Shown piece after piece: positions 15,577 through 28,608 of a stretch of 64,000 nt of DNA. Source of the DNA: Eledone cirrhosa (Eukaryota); the NCBI GenBank assembly GCA_964016885.1, contig OZ024763.1:22072001-22136000 (forward strand). The letters are read 5' to 3'. Position numbers and translations under genes: made by a program. Each line of letters starts with the position of its first letter. Position 1 is the stretch's first letter. Under the pieces are notes generated by a model. It worked only from the letters and a program-made list of their open reading frames with translations. It made no database searches and was not told the origin of the DNA.

Positions 15577-15902
15577 CAAAGTTTGTTTTATAAATAGAGA
15601 CATACCCATGGAAATTATACCTTATTGGTTGGAAATTCACTGGATAGTATAATTTTCATGGGTATGTCTCTATTTATAAAACAAACTTTGTATTTTATCT
15701 GATGAAAGCGCACCAATGTTGTCTTGCTTGCCCTTCTCATATATATAATAAAATAAATATGGTTTTATAAATATAGTTTCCATTTATTTAATATTATGGA
15801 ATATTTACTCCAGTTATCTGTTGAGTGCTCTAAATCAGTTATAAACATTTATGTTTGTCGGACTTCCAACAAATTAAATACAACTTCTACATATATATAT
15901 AT

Positions 15903-15935
<33 letters not shown>

Positions 15936-16063
15936 GTTGTATGGTTGCATGAAAAATATGTCCGAAGGCAATATGCCGGTTGAGCACTCAATGCTTGCGC
16001 AGAGCAGAGTATAATACTATAAGAAGGAACAAGGATTCAGTGTTGCGTCATAACATATTTAAT

Positions 16064-16157
16064 AACATATTACATATGTTTCACTATCAGTCAGTTCAAG
16101 GCAAGACATATTATAGATCGAACCTGACTCTGTAATCAAAAGGTCTTCAGATATGTT
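16064..16157 (-). ncRNA. Type I hammerhead ribozyme motif, extended stem II family
   Basis: AACATAT-CTGAAGA-[~60 nt]-GAAAC ATAT GTA-ATATGTT. Confidence 0.72.
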
Positions 16158-16197
16158 TTGTATATGATTCTAGAATCGGAGACAAACTCATATACAA

Positions 16198-16291
16198 AAC
16201 ATATCTGACGACCTTTCGGTTACAGAGTCAGGTTCGATCTATATTAGGTCGTGTCTCGAGCATACTGATAGTGAAACATATGTAATATGTT
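16198..16291 (+). ncRNA. Type I hammerhead ribozyme motif, extended stem II family
   Basis: AACATAT-CTGACGA-CCTTTCGGT...ACTGATAGT-GAAAC ATAT GTA-ATATGTT. Confidence 0.75.
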
Positions 16292-16344
16292 ATTAAATAT
16301 GTTATGATGCTTCACTGAATCCTTGTTCCTTCTCCTTATAGTAT

Positions 16345-17145
16345 TGTATATATATATATGTGTGTGTGTGTATATATATATATACGTATATATATCTGTA
16401 TATATATATATATGTATATATATATGTGTGCGTGTGTATATATATATATGTGTGTGTGTATATATATATATGCATATATATATGTATATATATATGCATA
16501 TATATATGCATATATATATATATATGCATATATATATGCATATATATATATACATATATATATATATGCATATATATATATGCATATATATATATATATG
16601 CATATATATGCATATATATATATGCATATATATATATATATGCATATATATATTCACATATATATATGCATATATATATGCATATATATATATATATGCA
16701 TATATATATAGATATATATATGCATATATATATGCATATATATATATGCTTATATATTTATATATATATATGCATATATATATATGCTTATATATTTATA
16801 TATATATGCATATATTTATATATATATGCATATATATATATATGCATATATATATATGCATATATATATATGCATATATATATATATATGCATATATATA
16901 TATATATGCATATATATATATATATATGCATATATATATATATGCATATATATATATATATATATGCATATATATATATATATATATATATATGTAGATA
17001 AATCTACCAAAAGTTTACGGTAGTGTCCAATCCGTATGAAGAACTCAATGTAATCCGGGTATCATGGAAAGAAGAGATGCATTCAAAAATATATATATAT
17101 ATATGCATATGTATATATATATATATATGCATATATATATATATA

Positions 17146-17184
<39 letters not shown>

Positions 17185-17869
17185 GCATATATGCATATAT
17201 ATATATATACATATGCATATATGCATATATATATATATATATACATATGCATATATGCATATATATATATATACATATGTATATATGCATATATATATAT
17301 ATACATATGTATATATGCATATATATATATATACATATGTATATATGCATATATATATATATACATATGTATATATGCATATATATATATATACATATGT
17401 ATATATGCATATATATATATATACATATGTATATATGCATATATATATACATATGTATATATGCATATATATATATATATACATATGTATATATGCATAT
17501 ATATATATATATACATATGTATATATGCATATATATATACATACATATGTATATATGCATATATATATACATACATATGTATATATGCATATATATATAC
17601 ATACATATGTATATATGCATATATATATACATACATATGTATATATGCATATATATATACATACATATGTATATATGCATATATATATACATACATATGT
17701 ATATATGCATATATATATACATATGTATATATGCATATATATATACATATGTATATATGCATATATATATACATATGTACATATGCATATATATATACAT
17801 ATGTATATATGCATATATATATATATATATGCATATATATATATATATATATGTACATATATATATACA

Positions 17870-17961
<92 letters not shown>

Positions 17962-18023
17962 TATATATATATATATACATGCATATATATATATATATAT
18001 ATATATGTAGATATATATATACA

Positions 18024-18067
<44 letters not shown>

Positions 18068-18390
18068 TATATATATATATACATGCATATATATATATAT
18101 ATTTATACATATATATATATATACATATATATATATATGTACATATTTATATATACATATATACATGTATGTACATGTTTTTATATATATATATATATGT
18201 ACATATTTACATATATATATATGCACATGCATATATATATATGTATATATTTATACATGTGCATATATACATATATATATATGTACATGCACATATATAT
18301 ATATGTACATATTTATACATGTGCATATATATATATGCATATATATATATGTATGCATATATATATGTATGCATATAGATATATATATGC

Positions 18391-18465
<75 letters not shown>

Positions 18466-18505
18466 TATATATACATGTATATATGCATATATATACATAT
18501 ATATA

Positions 18506-18541
<36 letters not shown>

Positions 18542-19176
18542 TATATATATATATATATATATATATGCATATATATATATATATGCACATATATATATAT
18601 ATATATATGCATATATATATATATATGCATATATATATATATGCATATATATATGCATATATATATATATATGCATATATATTTGCATATACATATATAT
18701 ATGCATATATATATGCATATACATATATATATGCATATACATATACATATATATATGCATATATATATATATGCATATATATATGCATATATATATGCAT
18801 ATATATATGCATATATATACATGCATATATATATGTATATGCATATATATATGTATACATATATATACATAGTTATATATATATGTATACATATATATAC
18901 ATAGTTATATATATATATATATGCATATATATATATATATGTATATATTTGTACATATATATATATATATGCATATATATATATATATGTATATATTTAT
19001 ACATATATATATGCATATATATATATGTATATATTTATACATATATATATATATATATATGCATATATATATATATATATTTATACATATATATATATAT
19101 ATACATATGCATATATATATATATATATTTATACATATATATATATATATACATATATCTATATATATATTTATAC

Positions 19177-19208
<32 letters not shown>

Positions 19209-19485
19209 CTATATATATCTATATATATTTATACATATATCTATATATCTATATATATATATATATTTATACATATCTATATATCTATATATATATATAT
19301 TTATACATATATATATATCTATATATATATATATATTTATACATATATATATATATCTATATATATATATATATTTATACATATATATATATCTATATAT
19401 ATATATATATTTATACATATATCATATATATATATCTATATATATATATATATTTATACATATATATATATCTATATATATATTT

Positions 19486-19548
<63 letters not shown>

Positions 19549-19695
19549 TATTTATACATATATACATATACATATATATTTATACATATATACATATATA
19601 TTTATACATATATATTTATACATATATACATATATATTTATACATATATACATATATATTTATACATATATACATATATATTTATACATATATAC

Positions 19696-19746
<51 letters not shown>

Positions 19747-20173
19747 TATACAGACATATATAAATATAGACATACATATATATACATAGACATACATATA
19801 TATACAGACGTACATATATATATATAGACATACATATATATAGAAATATATACATAGACATACATGTATATAGAACTATATACATATATACACATACACA
19901 TATATATATAGACATATATATAGAAATATATACACACACACATATATATATATATACAGACATACATATATATATATATACATACATATACATACATATA
20001 CACACACACATATATATATATATACATACACACACATATATACATATATATTTATATGCATAAATATATACACACACACACACATATATATATATATATT
20101 TATATGCATACATATATACACACACACACACATATATATATATACATATATATATTTACATATATATATACAT

Positions 20174-20204
<31 letters not shown>

Positions 20205-20225
20205 CACATACATATATATACACAT
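16345..20225. repeat. ~3.9 kb compound (TA)n/(TATGCA)/(TACA) microsatellite
   Basis: Direct inspection; similar tracts at 1180-1795, 6450-7950, 8600-9560, 35540-37200, 39615-40200, 62775-63150. Confidence 0.97.
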
Positions 20226-20885
20226 ACGTAAGATAGATAAGCTAAGTAGGCAGATAGATACATATGTTTATATCACCTTTTTCCTTTTTACTTTATAATA
20301 ATTGTTTCTACTTTTGGCACAAGGCCAGCAAATTACCCAGTGCATTACTGGTACTTTATTTTATCGACCCCGTAAGGGTGAAAGGCAAAGTTAACCTCGG
20401 AGGGATTTGAGGTTAACTTTGTCTTTCATCCTTATGGAGTCGATAAAATAAAGTACCAGTAATGCACTGGGGTCAATTTAAGCGACTTCACCCTTCCCCT
20501 AAACTTGCTGGCCTTGTGCCTAAATCAGAAACCATTGTTATTATTATTACTATTATTATTATTATATTTGTTGTTGTTGTTGTTGTATGTACAGAAAGAT
20601 TGGTCCAGAAGAAGAAAAAGAAAAAAAAAGCAAAAGAAATAATCAAGATATACCACAAATCCTAGACATAAGGGTGGCAGTGGTGGTGATGGTGATGGTG
20701 GTGATGAAGAAGAAAGAGAAGAAAAGGAGGAGGAGGCTTTCTGCTTTGTTTGCCTTTTCCTCTCTTTCTTTTTTATTTATTTTTTGCATCTCTTTTTTTT
20801 TCATGTTATTGTTTTTTTTGTTGGCTTCCAAAAAAAAAAAAAAAAAACACAAAAAATGGCTTGCTGCTGCTGCTACTACTACTAC

Positions 20886-20917
<32 letters not shown>

Positions 20918-20973
20918 CTGCTGCTGCTGCTGTTGCTGAAATCATTGGTCAAACCAGTCTAAGGTGCATTTGG

Positions 20974-21021
20974 TCACTGGCCCATACCCCACGCTGATGT
21001 TGCTGTCGTTTCTTCACCAAA
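20974..21021 (-). CDS. EPS15L1: EPS15/EPS15L1-like probable terminal coding exon
   Basis: Strong pyrimidine tract ttcttcctcttcttctacaacag|FGEETTATSAWGMGQ* in phase 0; weak similarity to EPS15L1 FGNEEQQLAW; followed by UTR-like low-complexity sequence. Confidence 0.6.
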   Translation of the reverse strand, partial: FGEETTATSAWGMGQ

Positions 21022-21104
21022 CTGTTGTAGAAGAAGAGGAAGAAGAAGAAAATTAGAAAAATAATAAATAATTTTTTTTTAATGATTTTAAAAAGTCGGT
21101 CCAG

Positions 21105-22260
21105 GTAGAGATGCTACTTCTCCGGGGTGAGAAATCACAACTCTGATATTATTGCAGACATGTGGTTAGAATGTCTCAGGAAAGAATCACTGGACAGATT
21201 TGTAGCTCAAGGATCAGAGAGCCACTACTTCTCCGAATTGAGAGATCACATGTAGTTAGAATGTCTCAGGAAAGATTCACTGGACAGATTTGAGAGATCA
21301 CAGATCCGACATTACAGATATGTGGTTAGAATGTCTCAGGAAAGAATCACTGGACAGATTTGTAGCTCAAGGAACAGAGAGTCACTCCAGGTAAAACCAC
21401 TACTTCTCTGAATTGAGAGATCACATGTGGTTAGAATGTCTCAGGAAAGAATAACTGGACAGACTTGAGAGATCACAGCTCTGATACTACAGACATGTAG
21501 TTAGAATGTCTCAGGAAAGAATCACTGAACAGATTTGTAGCTCAAGGAACAGAGAGTCACTCCAAGTAAAGCCACTACTTCTCTGAATTGAGAGATCACA
21601 TGTGGTTAGAATGTCTCAGGAAAGAATAACTGGTCAGATTTGAGAGATCACAGCTCTGATACTACAGACATGCAGTTAGAATATCTCAGGAAAGAATTAC
21701 TGGACAGATTTGAGAGATCACAGCTCTGATACTACAGACATGCAGTTAGAATGTCTCAGGAAAGAATTACTGGATAGATTTGAGGGATCACAGCTATGAT
21801 ATCATGAGCATCTGGTTAGTATGTGTTAGGAAAGAATCACTGAACAGATTTGAGAGATCACAGCTCTAATACTATGGGTATGTGGCTAGAATGTCTCAGG
21901 AAAGAATCACTGAACAGATTTGAGAGATCACAGCTCTAATACTATGGGTATGTGGGTAGAATGTCTCAGGAAAGAATCACTGAACAGATTTGAGCGATCA
22001 CAGCTCCAATACTATGGGTATGTGGTTAGAATGTCTCAGGAAAGAATCACTGGACAGATTTTACAGGCAAAACCAACTGCCAAGAGACTGAGAGGTAGAT
22101 CCCGAGCAAAATGGTTGGATAACAGCCATGAGCTTGGCTAATCTTGCATGGGGATCCAGCCAGATCAGTTGGAGAAGGTTGCTTCTGACAGGGCTCACTG
22201 GAAACAGTATTAAAGGACTCTGCTCCCATGAAACTCTCAGGAATAAGTGAGTGAAGAAGT
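21105..22260 (+). mobile_element. RTE-like LINE 3' end with 70-bp coding segment amplified in tandem
   Basis: ERSQLQYYGYVVRMSQERITGQILQAKPTAKRLRGRSRAKWLD; related fragment at 45270-45480. Confidence 0.8.
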
Positions 22261-22812
22261 TCTTTAAAAATTGAATTGGCCATCTTATCGGATGCACTTT
22301 TTCCCGCCCCAAAAACATTAAAAATCTGATTCTATGGTAGGTGTCACATGATAAGAGTCACATAGGTGTCACTAGGTAAGAGTCACATGTAGAGTGGGTG
22401 CTACATGGGGTGTCATATCGAGGATGTGGATCACATGGTAAGAGTCACATGGAGAAGATGTGACTGATTCTATATGTCTTTGACATGATGGGTATCATAT
22501 GGAGGATGTTTCGTGTGGAAAGGGGGGGGGGGGTCCACACGTGTGTCACATGGTGAAGATGTGACTGATTCTATGGTGTATGACATGGTGGGTGTCACAT
22601 GGTGAAAGTGTCACATATCGGTCACATGGGTGTCACGTGAGGATATCAAATGATGTGTTACTAATTCTAAGATGTGACATGGCAGGTGTCACACAGTGAA
22701 TGTGTCACATGTGGCTATTAAATGGCGTACGTATTATGTGGTGAGTGTGTATCATGTGAGTGTCACATGATGTATGTGTTATAGTGAATATGCCCCATGG
22801 TGTATGTCACAT

Positions 22813-22856
<44 letters not shown>

Positions 22857-22903
22857 AAGGAAAAGCGAAGTAGTTTCAGATGTTCAAGTCCTTTAATAAT
22901 AAT

Positions 22904-22977
22904 GTTGTGATATATATTTCAATGACGACACTGGCCACACTCTTCTGTGTGCGAGTGTCGTGTCATCATCAGACAGC
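22904..22977 (-). ncRNA. Type I hammerhead ribozyme motif
   Basis: GCTGT-CTGATGA-TGACACGACACT...AGTGTCGTCATT-GAAAT ATAT ATC-ACAAC; long well-paired stem II; AUC triplet. Confidence 0.72.
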
Positions 22978-23168
22978 TTGTTACATAATAAGGTTGTTTC
23001 CGAGGCAATCCAAATTGAATCGACATGGGAACGGATGAAGTTCGTGCTTTTGGGTTTTTCATCCGTTCCCTACTTCGCTTTTCCTTATTCGATATTTACT
23101 CCGTCACTCCTATGTGGAAAAAGTACGTTGAGTGCTTGAATTGAATTGCATCAATGTTTACCTTAATA

Positions 23169-23199
<31 letters not shown>

Positions 23200-25851
23200 C
23201 ACCACTTGGTATATACATACCACATGGTATATATATATATACAGCACATGGTATATACATACCGCATGGTGTACATATACCACTTTGTGTGTATATATAT
23301 ACCACATGGTGTATATATACAACATGGTATATATGTATATATATATATATACAACATGGTGAGGTGCCAGATTCTAAACCAAAACAATAAAACACTATTA
23401 ATAAACCCCACTGAAAACCTATCGATATTCAGTTCCAACGACGACCACTAACAGTGACCATGGTGATGACCTTTCAGAAAAAAATGTCATCGTCATGGTT
23501 ACTGTCCACCAAAAAAAAATAATTAGGAAAGAAAGGAGAAAAATACAAAAAAAAACCTCAAAAAATACCAAAAAAAAAAAACAAAAAATAAATAATCCCA
23601 CAATACCACTACATACTACCTTGGTTACTTACGGTAATTTGGGGTACGTTTAAATCGTAATTTTGGAAATGGGATCAATTTTTGTACCCCTTTTTTTTAA
23701 CATTTTTTTTTATTGTTTTTGTTTTTAATCAAGAAAATTCTGAATAGAAATGGAGAAAGAAAGAAAGAAAAAAAGAAAATAAAAGCGAAATGAAAAAAAA
23801 ATAAATGAATAAATATATACATAATTATGCGAGTGGGTAAAAAACAAAACAAGAAAATAAAAATAATTAGTTAAATAAATATATCTTTAAAATAATTAAT
23901 CAAATAAGCTTAAAAATAAATTAAATAATTAACATTAAAATAATCAAATAAATAATTTTAAAAATATTTAATTAAATAATTTTTAAAATAATCAAATAAA
24001 CAAATTTTTAAAATAATTAATTTAATGAAATAATTAAAAAAATAATTAATTAAATAAATGAATTTTAATAATAATTAATTGAATAAATAATTTTTAAGAT
24101 AATTAATTAAATCATTTTAAAAAATAATCAATTAAATAAATAAATTTCAAAATAATTAATTAAATAAATAAATTTTTTAAATAATTAATTAAATAAATAA
24201 TTTTTTAAATAATTAATTAAATAAATAATTTTTAAAATAATTATAAATTTTTAAAATAATTAAATAAATAATTTTTTAAAATAATTAATTAGATAAATAA
24301 ATAAAAAAAATAAAATGAAATATTGTCATTATTTAACAAGGAGTTATCATCATCATCATCATCAATATCATCATTTAATGTCCATTTTCCCAGCTAGCAA
24401 GGGTTGGACGAGTCTCAAAATCCGAGTAAGTACTGAAGAAGGGCCACTGGCCTTCCCAAAGAGGTTGGGAGTCCGCATCTCATTTACATATCATTTAACA
24501 AAGAGTTAGTTAGTATCATCATCATTTAATGTCCATTTCCCCAGCTAGAAAAGGTTGGATTAGTCTTTAGAGACTGAGTAAGTACTGAAGAAGGCCTACT
24601 GCCCTTTCAGAGAAGTCAGGAGTCTGCATCTCATTTACATACGGTCCCATGTTCTACCGAGTGCATTTTATCATAGCACTGACCAGTAGAAAGGTTGTCA
24701 TGTCTTTGACGTAGCTGACAACCTCTCTCTAGTGCTTGGTGCCATGATAAAATGTACTTAGAAGAGCATGGTGACTGTATGTAAACGAGATGCAGATCCC
24801 ACCAAACCTCCGGCCTGTTTGTGATGTCAGTAGCCCTGCCTGCTTCAGTACAGATTTACCTTGATAGTGGACATTAAACAATGATAATGATCATGATCAT
24901 GTTGATGATGATCATCATCATAATGATGATGAACTAAGTTTTACATCAGTAAGCCGTTATTTAGAACACTACTTAAGATAAATTTCCAAAATAAAGTAGA
25001 GTAGTTAATATGAAGCTTTATGGGATATAGTAAAAGACTGATAACTTTTATTTTTATAAAGCCGGTACAATGTGGTAGAAAAATACAAAGGGCAAATGAG
25101 GGTAAATGAAACAAAACAAAGTAAGGTTTCACCCAGTGTATTTTAGTATATTTCAGGGCTATAACCCTCCTTTCAGATGTGAAGCTGAAACAATCAATTG
25201 CTTTTGTTTTGTCTTGGACTGTTTCAGTTTCCCATCTGAAAAGAGGGTAATAGCCCTGAAATATCATGTTAAAATACACTGGGAAAAACCAGAGGTATAT
25301 TTAGGATATGGCAAGCATGGCACATGCCATGAGCACCACATGAAGGGGGCACCACATGAAGGAGGCACCACATGAAGGAGGCACCACATGAAGGACTTGG
25401 ACGAGGAGCACGTTCTATTAAAGTCAAATAAACCTCATTAAAGAGTGAAAAAAGAAACTCCTTCAGATATATGATCTGTTTCTGGTTATCATGGGTAAGA
25501 AACACTATGGTGGCTGGATCATTAAACCATTTATATAAATTAATAGGCCCATATGTAAAAATACAGTGCTGGGCAGTGGCACAATTTCCCTGCTTGCCAT
25601 AGGCGCTATTTTCCCTAGTTAAGCCTCTTTGTTTTGTGTTGTTTCGGTTGTCCTTTGTGTTTTTCTACTGCATTGTACAGGCTTTTAAAATGAAAAAATT
25701 ATCAGTGTTTTCTAAAATAAGATTATGTTGGAAAGTTTTTAGTGTAAGAGTAAACATTTTAAAATGAGCAACTTTTGAGGTGGTTTGTTATAAACAAAAT
25801 TAAAAGAATAGTTTAACAATTGTTTTGAAAAGTGGCGAGGATAGATCTTAC

Positions 25852-26124
25852 CTTGCTAGGACTGAAGTCGGCAAAATTTTCAAGGGTATACTCCGTATTA
25901 TTACCTGTGGAGCTGGCAAAAGGATCATTCCCAGTGAATGGATCGTTACCGAAATTTGCAAAGAGTTCGTCTTTTTTCTTAGCTGCAGGAGAGCTTTTGG
26001 GTCGTGGTGGAGCGGGTCGAGGAGGGGGTTGTTTCTTCTGTTTCGGGGGGAGGTTGGGGGGTGTTGGGGATTTTGAATTAGACTTCACGAAGGGAACGCT
26101 TCCAAAAAGATCACCCTTGTTACT
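25852..26124 (-). CDS. EPS15L1: EPS15/EPS15L1-like exon, proline-rich region and DPF/FADF motifs
   Basis: ctctccag|SNKGDLFGSVPFVKSNSKSPTPPNLPPKQKKQPPPRPAPPRPK...NDPFTGNDPF...NFADFSPSK|gtaaga; LPPK..PPPRP and FADF typical of EPS15 family; 273 nt. Confidence 0.92.
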
Positions 26125-26136
26125 CTGGAGAGAGAA

Positions 26137-26167
<31 letters not shown>

Positions 26168-26309
26168 AATAAACAAAAAGAAATAAACAGTTATTCAGAC
26201 AGTTTACGACAGTGAAGGAAAATAGCAAAAAAAAATAATTGTTTCTACTTTAGGCACAAAGCCAGCAATTACCCAGTGCATTACTGGTAAAAAAATAATA
26301 ATAGCTTAC

Positions 26310-26560
26310 AATATGTGTTGGTCTGGTCATGTGATGTGTATGGAAAATGACCAAAGAAGTGCCAAGTAATCCCAGTGGAAGGAAAATACAGTAGAGGAAG
26401 ACCATGAAAAACATGAGCAGAGGTGGTTAGAGCGGACCTCAAATCACTGAAGCTCACAGCGGAGATGACAAAGGTCCGTGACAAATGGAGAGATGGTGTG
26501 CTGAAGAGGACCCATCCCACCCTTGCAAGCAAGGAAAATTGGACGTATAATGATGATGAA
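26310..26560 (+). mobile_element. Degraded RTE family B 3' fragment
   Basis: ...cccacccttgcaagcaaggaaaattggacgtataatgatgatg tail shared with 33855-33905. Confidence 0.82.
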
Positions 26561-26629
26561 GCCAAGGAATAAGTGACCAAAAAAAAAAATCAATGGTAAA
26601 ATGGAGGAGGGGGTTGACTTATAATATAC

Positions 26630-27500
26630 ACCATCTAAACATGTATTGATTAGCTGCCTCAGCTTATAAATGGGGTTTGAATATTTGCCCATTTTTCAAA
26701 CACAAAATAGGTGGGGGTGCTTATATTCAGATAGGTTTATATATGTTGATTAGTTGCCCCAGCTTATAAATAGCGTTTGGATATTTGCCCATTTCTCAGA
26801 CACAAAATAGGGGCGGGAGGGAGTGTTGGTTTATATTTACCGTCTAAAATTGTGTTGATTAGCTTAGCTTGCCTCAATTTATAAAAAGGGGGGTGGATTT
26901 TTGCCCATTTCTCAATTCATAAAATAGGGGTCAGCTTATATGTGTTGATTAGTTGCCCCAGGGGTTTGGATTTTTGTACATTTCTGAAGACAGAAAATAG
27001 GGGTCGGTTTACATGTGTTGATTAGCTACCCCAGCTTATAAAAGGGGTTTGGATATTTGCCCATTTCTCAGACATAAAACAAGGGGTGTTTTAATTTAAG
27101 TCGTTACTCATTCTATAATTGTAGAGGTCCAGGAAAAGGGGGCAAGAGGGTCGGGGGTAGGGGTAATGAAGCACAATGGCAGTTGTTGTGGTTGAAGTCA
27201 TTACTTATTCTATAATTGTAGGGAAAAGGGGCAGCGAGGTCTGGAGGGGAATGGGGGGGTGAAGCATTTAAGAGGTTGTGGTTAAAGTCATTATTCTATA
27301 ATTGTAGGGGTTCAGAAAAAGGGGGCTGGAGGGCAAAAGGGGGGTCAGGGGTTAAAGAAACATTAGGAGGTTGTGGTTGAAGTCCTTTACTTATTCTATA
27401 ATCATTCTATAATTGTAGAGGTCTCGGTAAAAGAAGCAAGAAGGCAGTGGGGGAGTCTGGGGTTAATGAAGCGTGATGGAGGTTGAATTGAAGTTGTTAC
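26630..27500. repeat. Two adjacent intronic tandem-repeat arrays
   Basis: tgttgattag.tgcc.cagcttataaa...atttgcccatttctc (26640-27090) and gttgtggttgaagtcattacttattctataattgtag (27100-27500). Confidence 0.8.
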
Positions 27501-27504
27501 TCAC

Positions 27505-27615
27505 CTTTGGTTTCGTGTCACTGAACGATGCAAATGATTCAGCACCTGGTTTTTTACTTGCATTTGAAAAAGTACTTTGAAACGGATCAGTGCCACTACC
27601 GCCAAAAGTCTCGTC
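27505..27615 (-). CDS. EPS15L1: EPS15/EPS15L1-like exon, DPF region
   Basis: tcaccag|DETFGGSGTDPFQSTFSNASKKPGAESFASFSDTKPK|gtgagt; 111 nt. Confidence 0.87.
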
Positions 27616-27984
27616 CTGGTGATGATGATGATAATAATAACAATAATAATAATAATAGTAATAATAATAGTAATCTTATATGTAATGATTAGAGAACTGC
27701 GAGACTGTGTCCAGTTTATTATTTTACATCATGTTATTAAAATAAGTTGGATTACTTTGAATAAATCATGAATGAATATTATGTAATTTATCTACTAAAT
27801 TTCTTAGCTGTAGATTAAACATAAATAATCTTATATATAATATATTGCTTATTTCAAGATTCAAAATTTATAAAACACTCATAAAATCAATGATTTGGTT
27901 GCAGAAAGCAGGTAAAAAAACTAAAAAAAAAAAAATAGATGTTGGTAAAGGTGTAACAAAAGAACAAATGAGATAATTACTTAC

Positions 27985-28076
27985 CTTGGGAAATACAACA
28001 GCCTCGTTATCAGCCACTGGGAATGCATCTTTGAAGGGGTCGTCAGTTGCAAAGGGATCTTGGTTAAAGGGGTCAC
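27985..28076 (-). CDS. EPS15L1: EPS15/EPS15L1-like exon, DPF repeats
   Basis: ttcaag|(S)DPFNQDPFATDDPFKDAFPVADNEAVVFPK|gtaagt; 92 nt, phase 1 to 0; AAG acceptor. Confidence 0.9.
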
Positions 28077-28168
28077 CTTGAATGAAACATTTTCAAGTAA
28101 TAGATGAACACTGTTACATAATTATCACAAGAAATATTATTACTATTGTTATTATTATTATTATCCTT

Positions 28169-28390
28169 AGGGCGGCAGATTGGCAAAATTGGTAGAGCAC
28201 CAGACAAAATGTTTTGCAACATGTAGCTATGTCCCATTATGTTCTGCACTCAAATCCTGCCAAAGTTAGCTTTGCCTTTCATCATTACAGAGTCGATAAA
28301 ATAAAGTACCAATAACACACTGGGGTCGATTTAATCGACTTTTTCCACCCCCTAAAAATTGTTGGCCCTGTGCCTTAAATCAGAAGTCAT
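28169..28390 (+). mobile_element. tRNA-derived SINE (Nin/Deu-like), near full length
   Basis: ggcggcagattggcaaaattggtagagc...tcaaatcctgcc...tttgcctttcatc...gtcgataaaataaagtacc. Confidence 0.8.
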
Positions 28391-28608
28391 TATTTTCGCT
28401 ATTCTAACAATAAAAACACATGCACTATTTGACTTTTACTTCATCTTTATTATTATTATTACTTTCTTCATCAAATTTCTTTTGTCACAAATTGTATGAC
28501 CTCTTCAATAATGATTTTTTCATCTTCTTAAAGCTTCCTTTTCTTTCTGTTCTTATTTTGTTTACTTCTTGTTAAAGAAACAATCTGAAAATAGTGAGCA
28601 GTACTCAC

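Noticed and set aside
23400-23501. Alternative EPS15 last exon (ttttttttggtggacag|TAA)
   Set aside because: Only a T-rich tract plus AG with an immediate stop; no independent support without RNA data
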